DNA of 63,984 nucleotides, counting the filler, from Thelocarpon superellum (taxonomy: Eukaryota), in assembly GCA_026025795.1 (NCBI GenBank). It is 3 parts of 3 records of this genome, joined end to end, with 100 filler letters (N's around TTAATTAATTAA, not from the genome) between each part and the next. Parts side by side here need not be neighbours in the genome. Positions count along the whole stretch, not along the records: positions 43,635 to 63,984 come from JAPEUG010000326.1; 2 more parts are not named here. One strand, 5' to 3'. The translations under genes were made by a program, and so were the position numbers. Positions 59,601 through 63,984 of the stretch are shown here, piece after piece (position 1 is the stretch's first letter; the number at the start of each line of letters is the position of its first letter). Below the pieces are notes generated by a model. It saw only the letters and a program-made list of their open reading frames with translations, was not told the origin of the DNA and did not search any database.

Positions 59601-62600
59601 TTCCGGCAAGTGACGTCGACGCAGTGGCCCCAGCGGAAGCCACTACAGGTGCTGCCACGACGACCATCCCACCCAAAACACCTCCCACGTTCATCCTCGA
59701 GTCATCAACAGGGAAGCGTGGACGGGATGGCGAGGATCTCCCGGCGACGCACACCCTCCCATTCACGCGATCCCGCGACCTGCCGATCGACAAAGCGGAA
59801 GCGCGGGCGACGAAACGGAGGCGGCCAGAGCCATCAGATTCACCGATCGATGCCACGCCCGACGAGGCCACTCCCGCTGTGGTCACCCCCCCGGCACTGG
59901 CCGAAGGATCTACAAATGGCGTCGTCGGGCTAAAAGGGGGCGGCTCGCTGACCTTCTTACGTCGAAAGATCATCCTGGACTTGGTCGACCGTTACGGCGG
60001 CGTCTTCGCGGGCGATAAAGAACTCTGGTACCCGTACAGCATGATCTGGATGAAGCAAAGCCCGGCAGCGGGGAAACCGGACGTCAAGACGTTGAAGAAG
60101 ATCCAAAAGGCCATGGTAGATGCGGGCCAGCTGCGGTCCATCGTCTTTACCTTCCATAACTCCAAGGGCACTCGATGCCAGAAGACCATCCTGACCCGCA
60201 GCCACATCGACCCAACGTCACCGCCGGTGCAGGAGCTGCAGCGAAGGATGCTGGAGGCCGACGGCGAGCATTATGTGCCCCCCGAACTGGGCGTATCAGC
60301 CATGATGAGGAGGCGCTTGGACCAGAGCTCGCACGGCATCTATGCGGTCATGCCCAAGGCCGTCGTGGTCGAGAACACCCGCGAGACGGTGACGTTGCAC
60401 AACAATCCCACCGACAAAATGTTCAACGGCCCGAGCTTGCGGGAGCCGGGCACGCGCAAGCGGAAGCGGAAGCGGATCCGTGGCGATTGGATGTCGGATG
60501 GCGAGGGGATCGAGGCCGGGCCGAATGGCCCAAGCGCAAAAAGCCAGCAACGCGTGCTGTTGAACGACGCGGAACAGCGCGCGGCCGCCGCGACGATCAA
60601 GCGCACGATGGACTCGAACTTGTGGCGGTCCAAGCGCCCCACCGCGCCCCTGCCCGCCAGCGTGGCGCGGGAGAAGGGTCCACGGCCTGTCCTCCCGCCG
60701 GCCCGATCCGCGGCCACCATCCACCCTGCCTACATCTCTCCCGCACCGGCTCCTTTAACATACCAGGATGAGAGACGGACCGATGCAAGACAAGTGGGCT
60801 GGAAACCGAATTCAGACAACACTGGCGCGCCCGAGGCCGACGCACCCACCGTGACATCACCGTGGGACCATCCATCGCTCATGACGCTGCGCTCGCAGAT
60901 CGAAGACGTCCTGGCACAGACCTCACAGCCCTTCCACGCGCCATCGGGAACGTTTGGGACCATTGGGGTCTTGCGCCAGATCACCGCGCCGTCGGCGCCG
61001 TCGATCGAAGCTCCCGCGCGGATGCGGCGGGGCAGCGAGGGTCTCTTCCAGGTGGGCCACGTGGGGGTTGACCACTTTGGCTTCGTGCCTAGTTCGCTCC
61101 AGGATGCCACCGTGGTCGAGACCCCGCGCCCGATCTCCAAGCCAGCTCGTGTACCCCGAGCTCACCGGACAGCGAAGTTCCAGGAAGCGATCATGGCCCC
61201 GCCATCGAGCGAGGCCCTGCAGGCGCAGCAAGAATACGAGGCCAAGCTACCCCATTCGCTTGAGGATGTCCTCGCACAGAAACGCAAGGGACGTGTGGTG
61301 AATCATGCCATTGCCAAAGATCCCATGTGGAGCAAGTTTGAGTATGAGGTCTACCGCGTCCAAAGCTGGGAAGAGCGTGACCCGGTGCTGTGGACCGGGA
61401 CCTTGCGGGACTTGCGATTCATCAATCACACCGTGCTCGTAGTGGAGCTGGCCGCGGACCACTCCTACGCCTCTCTCCTCTGGGAGCCGAGCGACGTGGC
61501 GTCCATCAGGGCCCCACCCCAGCCGACAGGGTGGGCTCTGGCCACGACGGCCCCCCCGCCGTCCCCACCGTTTCGTCGCGTGCGCGTCGCTCGGCCGGCG
61601 CCGGTGATACCAAAACCGTTGAAACCCGCCAAAGCCGCGCGGGTGGCCAAACGGGCGATGGTGTTCAAGACGCGGAGTCTGACGACCGTGAATCTACCCG
61701 CTCCCGACCTCGTACCGCCGGCGGGCGGGTCAGGGTTCCTGGGCCCAGTGAGCACGGGTCTCACGTCGGCCATGGCAAAACGACGTCGGGTGCGACGTGG
61801 CCGGCTCGTGTCGACGGCCGACATCTTCTCCAAGGACGATGATCAACGGCTGTTGACGGCCGTCGCCGTGGTCCGCACGCTGATCGGTGGCGTGGGTCTC
61901 CTGATTGATTTTGTGATCGTGGGCAAAGTCCTCCCGGCCTTTGATCTCCCCACGATCCAGCGACGATGGACCGACATCCGGCAGCGGAACATGCCCCACA
62001 TGGAGAAGCTTCAGGCCGAGTTTCAGGAGTTGTTCATTCCGGCCTACGAAGCTGGCGAGGTGCCGCGGATCGACTACGAATCCCTGGCGGACTATGATTG
62101 GAATCATTTGGTGGATTGGGCGCAGCGGAAGCTGAACACACCTCGACCGCAGATCTTGCCCAGCTTCCCAACGCAGCGGCACGTCTTTGACGAGCTGTTC
62201 ACCGTGGAGCTGCCGCCGGTCAAGGCGGCGTCTTGGCGGGATGAATATTTTGGCGTGGGCGCCCCACTGTTCCGACGGGGGGAGATGCTTCGGGCCCGAG
62301 CGTGGACGGCGACCCTGCCAAGCGCGCGGCCGGCGACGAGCCACGAGGCGATGGCGATGCGCGTAGCGAAGTCATGGATACGCGCCAATACCATGGCGCG
62401 CGAGGACGGGTACGATGCCGAGACGGCCAACGCCTTGCTACTCTCGCTTGGGGAGGAGGCGCTGCAAGCCGGGTTTGACGAGCTGCGCGCCGACAAGCTC
62501 ATGACGCACGTGAACCGGGAGCGAGCGGTACCGGGGCGGAACTTTGAGATGTCGGATCACTTCTACCACGGACTCAAGAAGGGTCTTCACGAGGGCCAGT

Positions 62601-63199
62601 TCCGTCGCGCCGCAGCGATGAAGATCGACCTCGACCGAGCCTTTCAGGCGCGCGGAGCCGCCGACTTTTCCTACCACGCCGACGACGGGCACGTGCTAGC
62701 CATCACGAACCTGGTGGCGCATCGGCGGATTCATTTGGTGCCGCGCAACATGCCCAGCAACCCGTTTGGCTTGATGGACGGCGACTACAAGACGCGGTTC
62801 ATGGATAAGTCCAAGATCCACTTTGGGCTGGCTTTGATGCCGACGGCATCCTACGTCTACGGGAACCCGCTGCTGCCTCTCCCACCGCTTCCCCCACACC
62901 CCCCGCCAGCGGACCAGCAGCCGATCCCGGCGTGGCGCGACATTCACGGCCGCGTGGTGCCGTTGATCTGGGCCAAGGCGATCGCGGCGGTGTTGAACCT
63001 CCTGATCGTCCGGCCGGGCATGGGCATGGACGAACTGGTGCGATGCCTGGCCCCAAGCCTCGAGGAGTGGGAGCTGCGCTTGTTGATGGACTGGATGCGG
63101 AGGGCGGCGGTGGTGGCCGAGGTAGATGAGGGATGGACATTACGTGAATGGTGGTGGATGGATTTGCATTCTCTGGAGTCTTTGGAGGGGAGCAGATGA
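56617..63199 (+). CDS. TFC3: TFIIIC B-block-binding largest subunit (Tfc3/Sfc3/GTF3C1)
   Basis: N-terminus FDGLISHLLDEIALCGEQG; winged-helix region GLLQTDLIKLTNQDKRSLPKRTDALHQKGYIEK; RRKIILDLVDRYGGVF; C-terminal EWWW; introns 56684-56961, about 57729-57797, and a probable 51-nt in-frame intron near 58698. Confidence 0.9.
56875..56905 (+). promoter_or_regulatory. Pol III B-box-like element (CGTTCGATTCCC) followed by a T5 run, within TFC3 intron 1
   Basis: GTTCGATTCC matches the tRNA B-box consensus GGTTCGANYCC except at the first base; function is inferred. Confidence 0.5.
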
Positions 63200-63284
63200 G
63201 AGGGAATGGATCCACGTCGCAAGCGAGGGTAAGGTGAATATGTAGGATATGAGAACGAGAGGGGAAGTGAAGTGTTATCTCCTT

Positions 63285-63984
63285 CTACCCAGACCGGCCA
63301 TGCAATGCCCGATAAGCCTGTAAGACATCCTTTCGCGCGACGCCCAACTCCTCTCTCTTGCGCAGACTCCCAGCCGCACGGGGCACGTTGACGACGTCGA
63401 CAGCGGCGCCGTGTTTGACTTTGAACTTGGCCGTCGGGACGACCGTGAGTCGAGGTGGTTCCTGGACGACGTCATGGAGGGGTCTCCGGCGCGCCTTGGT
63501 CACCTTGCCTTCATCGTCGTCTTCGTCGTTCCCGTCCTCGTCTTCGTCAGAGAACAAGGCGTCCTGTCCCCCTCTCTTCCCCCCCTTCTTCCTCTTCTTC
63601 CTCGTCGACTGTTTCGTCTTCTTCTTTATCGCTCCATCGACACCACGTTCAAAGAGCAAGGACGACCCCCCGTCTCCGTGCGCCCAATCCAACATATCCT
63701 CCTCCGCGCGGGCATCTGCATCTTCCAGCTCCTCCCGGCGCCGTTCCTGGATCTTCCGCTCTTCGTCGCGCCACTGCTGCTGCAGTTTCTGCATCTTCTT
63801 CTCCGTGCGCGTCTGCGCCGTCTTCAACCCGGCCGGGTCTCTTCCGCGGCGTCCTTTGCGGATCAGGCCGGAGACGGGGATGGCCGCGTCCACGCGGGCG
63901 GCGAAATCCGCCATGTGCTCCCCCGGGAGGATTTGGGGATGTGCATGGGAGGAGGTGACCTCCCCAGTGTTGTCTGGGTTGTGG
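63285..63984 (-). CDS. CCDC137-like basic (probably nucleolar) protein; 5' end lies outside the window
   Basis: ILPGEHMADFAARVDAAIP, LHDVVQEPPRL and ARKDVLQAYRAL motifs; frame stays open to the window edge. Confidence 0.7.
   Translation of the reverse strand, partial: HNPDNTGEVTSSHAHPQILPGEHMADFAARVDAAIPVSGLIRKGRRGRDPAGLKTAQTRTEKKMQKLQQQWRDEERKIQERRREELEDADARAEEDMLDWAHGDGGSSLLFERGVDGAIKKKTKQSTRKKRKKGGKRGGQDALFSDEDEDGNDEDDDEGKVTKARRRPLHDVVQEPPRLTVVPTAKFKVKHGAAVDVVNVPRAAGSLRKREELGVARKDVLQAYRALHGRSG

Overview
GC-rich, gene-dense genomic DNA from a filamentous ascomycete (Pezizomycotina-type genes with short GT-AG introns and CTRAY branch sites); the species cannot be named from sequence alone. 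Two identical 100-bp artificial linkers (N44-TTAATTAATTAA-N44) split the window into three contigs (1-21738, 21839-43534, 43635-end), so adjacency across linkers is not evidence of synteny. Most genes are conserved housekeeping genes: nucleoside hydrolase, ERV29/SURF4, MOB2, LEO1, ERB1, a PBR1-like SDR, a G-patch protein, SEC1, SUV3, GEA2/GBF1, ANP1, importin-alpha, a UBC6/UBE2J-type E2, ureD, a paraoxonase-like gene, SCC3, TFIIIC TFC3 and a CCDC137-like gene. Accessory content comprises an orphan Zn2Cys6 regulator, an intronless HeLo + pseudokinase (MLKL-like architecture) gene with a Fot1/pogo-like transposon end upstream, two convergent secreted cysteine-rich genes, LTR-like relics and tandem repeats. 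The most interesting leads are: (1) a near-perfect RNA polymerase III B-box with a tRNA-like 3' tail and T-run in the unusually long first intron of the gene for TFIIIC's own B-box-binding subunit (possible autoregulation); (2) the HeLo-pseudokinase; (3) an N-anchored disordered protein ending in an Atg8-binding-like motif; (4) the secreted-protein island. All identifications are by motif recognition; no searches were run.
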